Program-made: the position numbers and the translations under genes
Notes under the pieces: generated by a model
Seen by the model: only the letters and a program-made list of their open reading frames with translations
The model's database searches: none
What the model was told of the DNA's origin: nothing
Source of the DNA: Desulfurococcales archaeon
Lineage (GTDB): Archaea > Thermoproteota > Thermoprotei_A > Sulfolobales > Acidilobaceae
NCBI GenBank assembly: GCA_015521205.1
Contig: WAOQ01000005.1
Location: 1,701-65,700 of the forward strand
Length of the DNA: 64,000 nucleotides
Reading direction: 5' to 3'
Shown here: one piece after another, positions 45,658 to 54,201 of the stretch
Layout: each line of letters opens with the position of its first letter
Position numbering within the stretch: position 1 is the first letter of the stretch

Positions 45658-46647
45658 ATGTATTATGTACCCGACAAGTTCCCCACCACGGTGGTGGGAA
45701 GCTATCCCAAGCTGGGTAAAGCAGAAGATCTTATACGCCAACGTAAACGAGGCGAATTGGGAGAAGACGAATTCCATGTGCTCGTACAAGAATCGATTCA
45801 GGAAGTGATTAATGATTATCTCTGGGCTGGCGTCGACATACTAAGCGATGGAGAACAGTCTAGGGAAGACATGGTTGTTTATTTCGCTGAGAGGCTGGAG
45901 GGATATGTGGGAGGCGAGTGGGTCAGGATTTTTGACAACGTGTATTTCAGAAAACCGGTGGTCGCCGGAAAGATTCGGTATAAATCTCCGATGGCCATTG
46001 AAGACTGGGTTTACGCCTCTAGTATAAGCCAAGGGCGACCAGTAAAAGCCATACTTACAGGGCCTTATACTATGGCAGATTGGAGTTTTGACCTATATTA
46101 TGGAGATAGAAGAGAGCTGGTTATAGAGCTAGCAAAGGCTCTACGCCATGAAATAGAGGGATTCGTAAAACGCGGTGCAAGGTATGTTCAAGTGGATGAG
46201 CCCGCATTATCAACGAGACCATTTAAGGATGATGTCGACATAGCCAAGGAAGCAGCTAAGATACTGTTCCATGGTTTAGACGTTAAGTCTATTATGCATG
46301 TTTGTTTTGGTAGGATCGAGCGAATTTTGGAATACTTGCTAGAAATACCGGTAGACCAGCTTGACCTAGAGTTTAAAAACAGCAACTTTAGACTGTTGCC
46401 GTTCCTGGCGGAGTACGGGTTCAATAAAGAATTAGGATACGGTGTAATCGATGTTCACAGTCTACAAGTCGAAAGCATAAATGAGGTATTATCCGATATA
46501 GAGAAACTGATGAAGACTGGAATATTACCTCCAGAAAAAATCTATATTGATCCTGACTGCGGGTTAAAGAGGTTGCCCCGGGAAATAGCTAGACAAAAAC
46601 TTAGGAACATGGTAGAAGCGGCTAAAAAGGCAAGGGAAGTATGGTGA
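45658..46647 (+). CDS. metE: methionine synthase, MetE C-terminal catalytic-domain type (short archaeal form)
   Basis: N-terminus [11 protein letters not shown]. Zinc-ligand contexts IMHVCFG and [14 protein letters not shown] at 45658 preceded by GGGGGTGA. The track ORF starts at 45628 (TTG). Confidence 0.8.
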   Translation: MYYVPDKFPTTVVGSYPKLGKAEDLIRQRKRGELGEDEFHVLVQESIQEVINDYLWAGVDILSDGEQSREDMVVYFAERLEGYVGGEWVRIFDNVYFRKPVVAGKIRYKSPMAIEDWVYASSISQGRPVKAILTGPYTMADWSFDLYYGDRRELVIELAKALRHEIEGFVKRGARYVQVDEPALSTRPFKDDVDIAKEAAKILFHGLDVKSIMHVCFGRIERILEYLLEIPVDQLDLEFKNSNFRLLPFLAEYGFNKELGYGVIDVHSLQVESINEVLSDIEKLMKTGILPPEKIYIDPDCGLKRLPREIARQKLRNMVEAAKKAREVW

Positions 46648-46655
46648 GAGCGGCG

Positions 46656-46844
46656 CTAGAACAGGGCCCGCGCGATCATCACTATAGCGGTAAATATTAT
46701 GGAAACCGCGATAAGTGCTGCCGGACTCATTTTTACCTGTCCCTCATATTCTTCATAGAAGGATATCAGTCCTGCCGCTGTCATCGGACCAGAAGGTTTC
46801 TTTGATTTACCTTTTCCCTTTTTTCCTTTGCTCTTTTTAGCCAA
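46656..46844 (-). CDS. secG: preprotein translocase subunit Sec61-beta (archaeal SecG)
   Basis: 62 aa: a basic N-terminus, GPMTAAGLISFYEE, then a single C-terminal TM segment. TTG start. Confidence 0.8.
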   Translation of the reverse strand: MAKKSKGKKGKGKSKKPSGPMTAAGLISFYEEYEGQVKMSPAALIAVSIIFTAIVMIARALF

Positions 46845-46972
46845 GTTATAACACCCCGGCCAATGCCTATTCTTCTGTGTATCTTCTATCTTTGACCATC
46901 TAAATATGTGTAGCGTTTTACAGGCAATGAATATAGGCTAATGATATCAGAAAGGATGATTGGTGGCATGGT

Positions 46973-47221
46973 ATGGATATACGTGAAGCCCAGTTGCTTA
47001 TCAAAAGACGTTATTATGAGCGTGACAGAGAACGGGGACTCTACAAAACGTTCACTTGGATGATAGAAGAAGTGGGTGAACTAGCTGAAGCTCTACTTAA
47101 AGGCGGGATAAACGAGTTAGAGGAGGAGATAGCCGATGTTTTCGCTTGGCTTTTGAGTGTAGCAAATATTCTGGGAGTGGACGTCGAGGAGTCGTTTAAA
47201 AAGAAATATGTGGAAAATTAG
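46973..47221 (+). CDS. MazG-like nucleotide pyrophosphohydrolase (small all-alpha NTP-PPase)
   Basis: EEVGELAEAL and EEIADVFAWLLSVANILGVD (EExxE/ExxD metal-binding helices). Confidence 0.75.
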   Translation: MDIREAQLLIKRRYYERDRERGLYKTFTWMIEEVGELAEALLKGGINELEEEIADVFAWLLSVANILGVDVEESFKKKYVEN

Positions 47222-47562
47222 GTTTTCAAGTATCCTATTCTTCCCCTATATATCACTGCTAGTGTTCTATCTTTGTGATTGTTCCATTCTCGCATCCACT
47301 TCACTATTATTTTCACCCTACCATCTCCGTTATGAGACAATGCTGACATATCATTTATACGATATCCACATACTGGGCAGCGATAGTATCTTCTCAACGT
47401 TTTTTCGTTACCGTTGATCTCGGTTTCCATCTGATATACCATAACGTTCTTGCAACGGGGACAGATAACGCCTACTTCGCTTTGAAACGTCATGGCACTT
47501 CCCTCTGCATCCATCACTGTGGATTCCCTTGAAATCGATCCACTGTTATCCTGGTTCAGCAT
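47218..47562 (-). CDS. zinc-ribbon protein, function unknown
   Basis: CPRCKN...(26 aa)...CPVCGY. The real start is probably an internal Met (MDAEG or MTFQ). Confidence 0.5.
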   Translation of the reverse strand: MLNQDNSGSISRESTVMDAEGSAMTFQSEVGVICPRCKNVMVYQMETEINGNEKTLRRYYRCPVCGYRINDMSALSHNGDGRVKIIVKWMREWNNHKDRTLAVIYRGRIGYLKT

Positions 47563-47767
47563 AGGTTTTTACGCTGTTCCTCGGTTCGGATCCCCCTAAA
47601 GAGTTCTTTTTGTAACAGGGGATTATCACTTTTCCGCCGTCCATACTTAAAATAGACATAAAAAGACTGGCGGGTTCTACGACAGACCCCCCAGACTTCT
47701 GGCTAATAATATTTTTGCTTTGACGAAAATAGTAACATATTCTGGGATAAGGAGGTGACATAGTAGA

Positions 47768-49627
47768 ATGTTAAAGGTTCGAGACGTAAGCCGGAAACCC
47801 TCGTCCGTCCTAAGAAAAGAGACCAGTATTACAACTGCAAGGGCCCTGCTAAGACGTAGTGGTGAGAGGATACTACCTATAATAGATGAGAATGGTCGTG
47901 TATCAGGTTTTATAACACGTAGAGAAACAGTCATTGTAACGAGCGCGAAGAGTGCTTTGAGAACAGTCGATGTCGCTAGGAGCAACCCCGTGTTATTACC
48001 TGAGATGGACGTGGATACTGCATACCGTATTATGACTGAGCAGAGGGTTTGGGAAGCACCTGTGGTATCCGATCCAGTACATGAGCGGTTAGAAGGGGTG
48101 TTCTCATTCAGGGATCTAATAGAAAAGTTCATGGAAGAAGGATTCGAACCGAAAGCAAGGAGTGTTGCGGATGTTATGACAGTAGAAAACCTCGATTTGA
48201 TGCTGATGACCCCTGACGAAAAGGTAACTAAAGCGTGGAGCCGGCTTGTGCTTAAAGGGTTGCCAGGCATCGTAGTAGTTCGGTCAAAAGAAAATCCTGT
48301 GCCTGTAGGATTGATAACTATAAAAAACCTCGTTGATAGCGGGCGTTGGCGATTCCACAGAGAAGCTGAAACAAAACTATCTACGCCAGCTAAGATAAAA
48401 ACCATCATGACTCGTGGAGTCGTAGTGGCTACACCGGAAACTCCGTTAGAGCATGTGGCAAGGTTTATGGTAGAAAACGACGTTGACGTTGTGCCTGTCA
48501 TAGATAAGGCTGGGCACGTCGTTGGTATAGTGACCCAAGCAGATGTAGCAAGGGCGTACATTGAGGGTGTGAAGCCAGGGAGGAAGCCCGTGAAGCCTGT
48601 GGTCGTTGTCAAACATGTCAGTGAGGAGGAGAGAGTTGTCTATGTTAGCGAGAAACAGCTAATTGAACAAGTACTTGAGAAGCCAACAGTAGAGGTGCCT
48701 AGAGAAATTGGGCTAACTGTTAAGGATGCTGTAGTACCAGAGTTGCCGGCTATCAGTATAGATGATACAGTAGAGCATGCTAGGAAAGTAATGTTGAGAA
48801 CAAGGAGCAACTATGTTATAGTTACGGGCCAAAACGGTAGCATTGTCGGCGTAGTGTCAAAGTGGAATATGCTAAAAGCCATTGGAACCAAGGGTCCTTA
48901 CTGGAAACGTAGGGTGTATGACAAGTTCTTTATAGACTATGTCATGACAAGAAACCCGCCTAAAGTCAAAATGGACGACCCTATAGAAAAGGTTGCCCTA
49001 GAAATGTTTAACACGGGCAGCGACGTGGCCATAGTAGTGGATGAAAACGATGAAATAATGGGCTTCGTCACCAAAGAGAGTTTAGTAAAGGTTTTCGTGG
49101 AGAAAGCTGGTTTAGAATTGTTAGTAGAAAACGTGATGACGCCTGCAGGGATTGGAATTGTTCACCCGCATCATACTTTAGCCCATGTAATATCAAAAAT
49201 GAAAACCTACATGTTAGATGCTATAACAGTCGCTGATGCTAATAAGATAATAGGAGTGGTATCGGCGAATAGACTACCATTTGTAGCTTACGAAAACGCT
49301 AGAACTGGTAGAAAAAGTAGAAGGCTGATATGGGTAAGGAAACTGGTGAGGGGGGCAGCAAAGTTCGGACGTTATGTCAGGGTAACTCCATTGCTAGCCA
49401 TCGATGCCACCGCTAAAATACATGACTCAGTAAAGCCAACTGACACTCTCTACAAGGCCTATCAAGTAATGGAGAAGAACAACGTGGATGGCGTACCGGT
49501 CGTCGATAACGAACGCGTTATCGGTGTTATCTCAAAATATGACATACTTAGAGAGATCGTGCGTAGAGCAAAGATAGCAGAGGAACGTGTTAAAGAAATC
49601 GCGAAGAAAGTAAAGAAAACCGCGTGA
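47768..49627 (+). CDS. CBS-domain-only protein with eight tandem CBS motifs (four Bateman modules) and a basic tail
   Basis: Eight recognisable CBS units, each ending in a hydrophobic-G-hydrophobic-(V/I/F)-(T/S) motif (for example GRVSGFITRRE, GHVVGIVTQADV, GSIVGVVSKWN, ERVIGVISKYDI). SD GGAGGTGA lies before the ATG. Confidence 0.85.
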   Translation: MLKVRDVSRKPSSVLRKETSITTARALLRRSGERILPIIDENGRVSGFITRRETVIVTSAKSALRTVDVARSNPVLLPEMDVDTAYRIMTEQRVWEAPVVSDPVHERLEGVFSFRDLIEKFMEEGFEPKARSVADVMTVENLDLMLMTPDEKVTKAWSRLVLKGLPGIVVVRSKENPVPVGLITIKNLVDSGRWRFHREAETKLSTPAKIKTIMTRGVVVATPETPLEHVARFMVENDVDVVPVIDKAGHVVGIVTQADVARAYIEGVKPGRKPVKPVVVVKHVSEEERVVYVSEKQLIEQVLEKPTVEVPREIGLTVKDAVVPELPAISIDDTVEHARKVMLRTRSNYVIVTGQNGSIVGVVSKWNMLKAIGTKGPYWKRRVYDKFFIDYVMTRNPPKVKMDDPIEKVALEMFNTGSDVAIVVDENDEIMGFVTKESLVKVFVEKAGLELLVENVMTPAGIGIVHPHHTLAHVISKMKTYMLDAITVADANKIIGVVSANRLPFVAYENARTGRKSRRLIWVRKLVRGAAKFGRYVRVTPLLAIDATAKIHDSVKPTDTLYKAYQVMEKNNVDGVPVVDNERVIGVISKYDILREIVRRAKIAEERVKEIAKKVKKTA

Positions 49628-49644
49628 ACCTAATAATTTAAACC

Positions 49645-50412
49645 CTACCTACTTTTTACCGCATTAACTATTTCAACAGCTCTATCAACATTTTCTTCGA
49701 GTATTGTACCGGTGACTATAGCATCAGCGCCAGCCTCTATGATCGACCTAGCAGTCTCGGCATCCCGTATACCGCCTCCAACTATTAGGAGGAAATCATC
49801 TGTATAAGACTCTAGAAGCAAACGTGTCATTTTCACCGCTTCCGACGATATTGGTCGAGGGGAACCAGAACCAGCCTCTAGGTAGACTGCTTTCATCCCC
49901 ATCATTATCCCTGCCAAGGCATATGATGCTACAAGAGATGGTTTCTCCCATGGAATAATGTGAGCTCGTCCAACATGCCCTACAGCACCGCCATATCCTA
50001 TTATTATGTATGCTGTGGGGATTACCTCTATTCCCATCCTCAACACTATCGGGGCAGCCTGAACCTGTACGCCCGAAATGTAGTAGGGATCTAGACTATT
50101 AAGGAGTGAGAGGAATAATACGGCATCTGCATTTCTTGAGAGCCCGTTTATATTTCCAGGGAAAAGGATTACTGGGAGCCCAGTTTCCCTCTTGATATCC
50201 AAAACCAGGTTGTCCAGTACTTCCGGAATAATATTAGTCGAACCTCCGACTAGTATCGCGTCGGTGCCGGCCTGAGCCGCTGCAAGCGCACGTTCTAGGG
50301 TCTGGTCATAATCGAGGGCCCCAGGATCTACGAGGCTTAGATGAAGAGGGGCCTTATTCTTCATCTTCCGAAAGAGGTTCTCCCGCCTCATCAAGTTTAC
50401 CCTCCACAGCAA
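49645..50412 (-). CDS. geranylgeranylglyceryl phosphate synthase (PcrB/GGGPS family)
   Basis: HLSLVDPG...AGTDAILVGGS...GGGIRD TIM-barrel pattern. The 5' end of the ORF overlaps the Elf1-like gene, so an internal start (M8 or M17) is likely. Confidence 0.85.
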   Translation of the reverse strand: MLWRVNLMRRENLFRKMKNKAPLHLSLVDPGALDYDQTLERALAAAQAGTDAILVGGSTNIIPEVLDNLVLDIKRETGLPVILFPGNINGLSRNADAVLFLSLLNSLDPYYISGVQVQAAPIVLRMGIEVIPTAYIIIGYGGAVGHVGRAHIIPWEKPSLVASYALAGIMMGMKAVYLEAGSGSPRPISSEAVKMTRLLLESYTDDFLLIVGGGIRDAETARSIIEAGADAIVTGTILEENVDRAVEIVNAVKSR

Positions 50413-50647
50413 GATCTACAACCTTGCCATAGACATCTAATGTTTTATAGAATTCTGGAACCTCAAGTTCTAGGTATAGTTTACAGGTTCCACATTTTAC
50501 TATTGCAAGTTTATAGAATGGATTGTCTGGTATTTTCTTGAAGCTTATACTTAATGTCTCATGACCACATCGAGGGCATTGGTATACCTTGGGCATTGAA
50601 AGTTTTCTTGTAGTTGTAGGTCTTTTCCTCCTTTTCCTCCTACCCAC
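50354..50647 (-). CDS. elf1: transcription elongation factor Elf1 homologue (zinc ribbon)
   Basis: Basic N-terminus MGRRKRRKRPTTTRKLSMPKVYQCPRCGH...CGTCKL (four-Cys ribbon) followed by an acidic tail. This matches the Elf1 layout reported for Crenarchaeota. Confidence 0.7.
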   Translation of the reverse strand: MGRRKRRKRPTTTRKLSMPKVYQCPRCGHETLSISFKKIPDNPFYKLAIVKCGTCKLYLELEVPEFYKTLDVYGKVVDLAVEGKLDEAGEPLSEDEE

Positions 50648-50761
50648 TGCAAATACACACCTCCATACCTGGTTACTACCTGGGCAACAGATTATACATA
50701 TTAGCTTGCCCGGGGGGCTCTAACATATTGTATAAAAGTGATTCGATCGAGGTGGGTTGAT

Positions 50762-52003
50762 ATGGTTTCCGGTAAGATAGCATCTCCAGAACTTTGGAGT
50801 CAGGGAGAGCTTAAACTAGAATGGGCTGCTCGACATATGCCGGTGGTTCTAAAGGTTGCGGAAAAACATGGTAAAGCGTTGGAAGGAGTCCGGGTTGGCG
50901 CGGTCTTGCATGTCACCAAGGAAACTGGTATCCTCGTTAGATCGCTCTACCGGATGGGGGCAGAGGTATGGCTTGCTGGAAGCAATCCTCTCTCGACTCA
51001 AGACGATGTAGCGGCAGCCCTTTACAAGGAGGGAATTAATGTTTGCGCGTGGAGAGGGCAGAACAAGGATGAATACTTCGGTTGTATAAGATGGGTAGCA
51101 GAAGCCGAACCTGACATAGTTATGGATGATGGTGGAGATCTTCATGTGCTTATACACGATGAAAAGACCTATCTTGCCGATAGAATAGTTGGAGGCACTG
51201 AAGAGACCACTACTGGTGTGTACAGGCTTTATGCGTTGGAAAACGCTGAAAAACTAAGGTATCCGGTTATAGCAGTGAATAACGCCCTGACGAAACATTT
51301 GTTTGACAATCGCTATGGAACAGGGCAAAGTACTGTTGATGGGATACTCCGTGCAACGAACGTGCTACTGTCGGGGAAAACTGTGGTTGTCGCGGGTTAC
51401 GGATGGGTAGGCAGAGGTATAGCCATTAGAATGCGTGGTATGGGAGCTAGAGTAATTGTAACGGAAGTTAACCCGATCCGGGCCCTAGAAGCTGTAATGG
51501 ATGGGTTCTACGTGACCAGCATGGAAAAAGCGGCAGAACTGGGAGATATATTCGTAACCGCAACTGGCAATTACCATGTAATCAGAGTAGAGCATATTAT
51601 GAAGATGAAAGACGGGGCGATACTCGCAAATTCCGGTCACTTCAATGTAGAAATCGATGTAGAAGGTCTGGAGCAGGTCTCCACCTCGAAAAGAGTCATT
51701 AGAAAATATAATGTAGAATACACTCTTCCAAACGGAAAAAGAGTGTATCTACTCGCGGAGGGACGCCTAGTAAATCTAGTTGCAGCAGAAGGACATCCAA
51801 GCGAAGTTATGGACATGAGCTTCGCTAACCAAGCACTAGCAGTACTCTACTTGTACAAGAATAGGGGTAAACTACAGCCTAAAGTTTACAATCAACCAAA
51901 AGAACTCGATGAAGAAGTAGCCAGAGAAAAACTTTCAAGCATGGGCATAGAAATCGATGAACTCACTAAAGAGCAGATTAACTATCTCAGTTCTTGGAAG
52001 TAA
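50762..52003 (+). CDS. ahcY: adenosylhomocysteinase (SAH hydrolase)
   Basis: NAD-binding [19 protein letters not shown], and [13 protein letters not shown]. The track ORF starts at 50738; the ATG at 50762 (MVSGKIAS) is likelier. Confidence 0.9.
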   Translation: MVSGKIASPELWSQGELKLEWAARHMPVVLKVAEKHGKALEGVRVGAVLHVTKETGILVRSLYRMGAEVWLAGSNPLSTQDDVAAALYKEGINVCAWRGQNKDEYFGCIRWVAEAEPDIVMDDGGDLHVLIHDEKTYLADRIVGGTEETTTGVYRLYALENAEKLRYPVIAVNNALTKHLFDNRYGTGQSTVDGILRATNVLLSGKTVVVAGYGWVGRGIAIRMRGMGARVIVTEVNPIRALEAVMDGFYVTSMEKAAELGDIFVTATGNYHVIRVEHIMKMKDGAILANSGHFNVEIDVEGLEQVSTSKRVIRKYNVEYTLPNGKRVYLLAEGRLVNLVAAEGHPSEVMDMSFANQALAVLYLYKNRGKLQPKVYNQPKELDEEVAREKLSSMGIEIDELTKEQINYLSSWK

Positions 52004-52054
52004 CCCTTAAAAACGCGTTCGAATATGATGAGTACGTAGGGCAACTAATGGCCC

Positions 52055-52163
52055 GGGCCCGTAGCTCAGCCCGGTAGAGCGCCCGGCAGGGCAGAGGCCG
52101 GGTCGCCCTGCCTCGGGAATCATAACCGGGTGGTCCGGGGTTCGAATCCCCGCGGGCCCACCA
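52055..52163 (+). tRNA. tRNA with CAT anticodon (elongator Met, or Ile2 if C34 is modified), with a ~32-nt intron at a non-canonical position; CCA encoded
   Basis: Acceptor GGGCCCG/CGGGCCC, D-arm GCTC...GAGC, T-arm CGGGGTTCGAATCCCCG. The anticodon stem CCCGG (52082-86) / CCGGG (52126-30) encloses 39 nt. Removing 52088-52119 leaves the loop CTCATAA. Confidence 0.85.
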
Positions 52164-52193
52164 ATCTAAACAGTTTCTATGTGGTGAACGGCT

Positions 52194-52580
52194 TTGAAAG
52201 AGGGCATATTCACCGATAAGGCTCCCAAGCCTGTAGGGCCATATTCTCAAGGTATAAAACTTGGTAATCTAATCTTCGTATCAGGGCAGATCCCGATTAA
52301 CCCTGAAACCGGTGAAATTATAAGAGAACCTTTCGAGGCAGCTGCACGGCAGGCGTTGTCCAATATGATTGAAATTGTGAAGGCTGGCGGCGGTGATATT
52401 GACACTATCTTACAGGTTCGGGTTTACTTGAAAGATGTGGGTAAATTTGGCGTGTTCAACAAGGTGTACTCAGATTATTTTGGAAACACATTACCTCCTG
52501 CTAGAGTTGTCATAGAAGCGTCTAAACTTCCTCTCGATGTTGACTTGGAGGTTGAGTGTATAGCATATGCTCCTGAATAA
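52194..52580 (+). CDS. ridA: RidA/YjgF/L-PSP family reactive-intermediate deaminase
   Basis: APKPVGPYSQGIKLGNLIFVSGQIPINPETGE ... ARVVIEASKLPLDVDLEVECIA. TTG start. Confidence 0.85.
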   Translation: MKEGIFTDKAPKPVGPYSQGIKLGNLIFVSGQIPINPETGEIIREPFEAAARQALSNMIEIVKAGGGDIDTILQVRVYLKDVGKFGVFNKVYSDYFGNTLPPARVVIEASKLPLDVDLEVECIAYAPE

Positions 52581-52610
52581 AAATATACAATACGACTTTT
52601 AATTGGTAGG

Positions 52611-52913
52611 TTACATTAGAATCACATGGCCCGTAGATGCTGCTACCCGTATAAGCTCCTCGTCAACCAGTATTTTTAGCGCTCCTTTACTGTAGACCAC
52701 TATTATCTCCTCAACATCCCCGTAGGAATTTGGCACGGAGGCTGAGAGGTAGAGTTTGACGGCCGTCGTGTATACTTGCTCTTTTTCGGGGGCACCACCG
52801 TTTAGGTCTACGTCTTCGATGGGTTTTCCGCTTTTGTCGATCAGGGCAACCGTGGTTTTTATGTATCCTTCATCGCTAATGCTCGGTGGCTTGGCTTCAA
52901 CCGAGATCGACAT
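52611..52913 (-). CDS. hypothetical protein
   Basis: 100-aa ORF with ordinary composition. No family recognised. Confidence 0.45.
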   Translation of the reverse strand: MSISVEAKPPSISDEGYIKTTVALIDKSGKPIEDVDLNGGAPEKEQVYTTAVKLYLSASVPNSYGDVEEIIVVYSKGALKILVDEELIRVAASTGHVILM

Positions 52914-52964
52914 TTCTTTCCACCGTTATACTTTTTGTATGGGAAAAAGCTAAACCCTTAGAAC

Positions 52965-53606
52965 GTGGTGTCATCTGGGTGTTATAGGGGTAGCACCGGG
53001 TTGGGGCGGAAATTATTCTCTGCAATAAGGGAAATAGATGAGAACGGCGAGATAAAATCAATCGCTAGGCGTATGTTCGTTACAAACACGTTCGACAGTC
53101 TACTAGCGGCTCTCGGAGTTTCTACAGGTGGGTACAAGGGAGACGCGGATCCCTTGGGTTTGGCGTTAAGCATTATAGGTGCTAGTATAGCAATGGGTTT
53201 TTTCAGTGCAATGTTGGGGGTGTATCTCTCCGAACGTGCGGAACGTCTTCGGGAACTTGAACACCTCAGGGAACAGTTGCTAAGTGAGATTCCAAAAGAG
53301 AGTATTCACTACCGGGCGGCAAAACTAATACCAGTTTATGTAGCGTTGTGGAGCGGGTTTGGGGCCATTATTTTACCTATACTCGTCGCGATACCATTCA
53401 TTATAGCTCATGTCGGCATAATAGGTATTTACACCGCATATCTAGTATCTACCGGTATAGCACTAATCGCGATGAGCTTCCTCGGAGTTTATGTGGCAAG
53501 TGGTAGTGGTGACTCCATTTTATTGTCTGTAGCACGATTTACCGGGGCCGGGGTGGCAGCGATTATAACCATCCATATATTGAAAATCTTCCTTGGAATC
53601 GTTTGA
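52965..53606 (+). CDS. VIT1/CCC1-family-like membrane protein (putative Fe/Mn transporter)
   Basis: IARRMFVTNTFDSLLAALGVSTGG resembles the VIT1 N-terminal motif. This is followed by a helical cytoplasmic segment (ERAERLRELEHLREQL) and three C-terminal TM helices. Assignment is from memory. Confidence 0.5.
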   Translation: MVSSGCYRGSTGLGRKLFSAIREIDENGEIKSIARRMFVTNTFDSLLAALGVSTGGYKGDADPLGLALSIIGASIAMGFFSAMLGVYLSERAERLRELEHLREQLLSEIPKESIHYRAAKLIPVYVALWSGFGAIILPILVAIPFIIAHVGIIGIYTAYLVSTGIALIAMSFLGVYVASGSGDSILLSVARFTGAGVAAIITIHILKIFLGIV

Positions 53607-53626
53607 AAAACAAAAGGAGAGATGTT

Positions 53627-54031
53627 TTATTGGAGAGAACGATCGGCCTTTCCCATGACCACTTTTTTCGGTTTCAATTTTGAAACGATGTATCGGAAAG
53701 CCTTGTAGGGGTCCGTATGTGAGCCACAGGAATATACGTCTAGTGTTGCATAGCCGTATTCCGGCCATGTATGTATCGTTATATGACTCTCTAATATTAC
53801 TGCTACAACAGACACTCCCATACCTATTTTCCATGTTTTTACATCTAATAGTGTCATATTTCCTTTCTCAGCGGCTTCAACCACTAAGTCTCTTAGGTAT
53901 CCTTCATCTGCTAATAATTCGCTAGGGCATCCTATGAGATTCCCGTAGATATGCCGGCCGATGACCCGATAGTTTTCCTCCTGCCTCCTCTCCAGCTTAA
54001 CCAGTTCCTCGAACTGGGTTGAGACACCCAC
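53627..54031 (-). CDS. speH: pyruvoyl-dependent S-adenosylmethionine decarboxylase proenzyme family (SpeH; could be the crenarchaeal arginine decarboxylase paralogue)
   Basis: Self-cleavage/active-site context [29 protein letters not shown] start. Confidence 0.8.
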   Translation of the reverse strand: MGVSTQFEELVKLERRQEENYRVIGRHIYGNLIGCPSELLADEGYLRDLVVEAAEKGNMTLLDVKTWKIGMGVSVVAVILESHITIHTWPEYGYATLDVYSCGSHTDPYKAFRYIVSKLKPKKVVMGKADRSLQ

Positions 54032-54201
54032 ATTGTATCACCTCAAGATAGAAGATATTTTAGAGTATTATAGCAAAATATAAGAATACCCCCCGCCTTT
54101 GCTTGCGGCTAAGGTAGATCATTACATGGAATTAGTTCCAAAAACAGAAACCGTTATACCCCCCATAGCAGTCTATACAACCAAGTGAGTGGGGAGCGGC
54201 T

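Noticed and set aside
47546-47761. 71-aa minus-strand ORF in the 205-nt divergent spacer before the CBS gene
   Set aside because: It has no SD or TATA context or recognisable features, and it would overlap the start region of the zinc-ribbon gene. I also looked for an ncRNA here and saw no convincing structure.
47677-48612. 311-aa ORF on the minus strand
   Set aside because: It lies entirely antisense to the well-supported CBS-domain gene. Its translation is T/S/G-rich and low in complexity with no recognisable motif. It looks like a codon-bias shadow ORF.
52025-52031. C-box-like ATGATGA just upstream of tRNA(CAT)
   Set aside because: There is no matching D box (CTGA), no C'/D' pair at the right distance and no terminal stem, so a single heptamer is likely chance.
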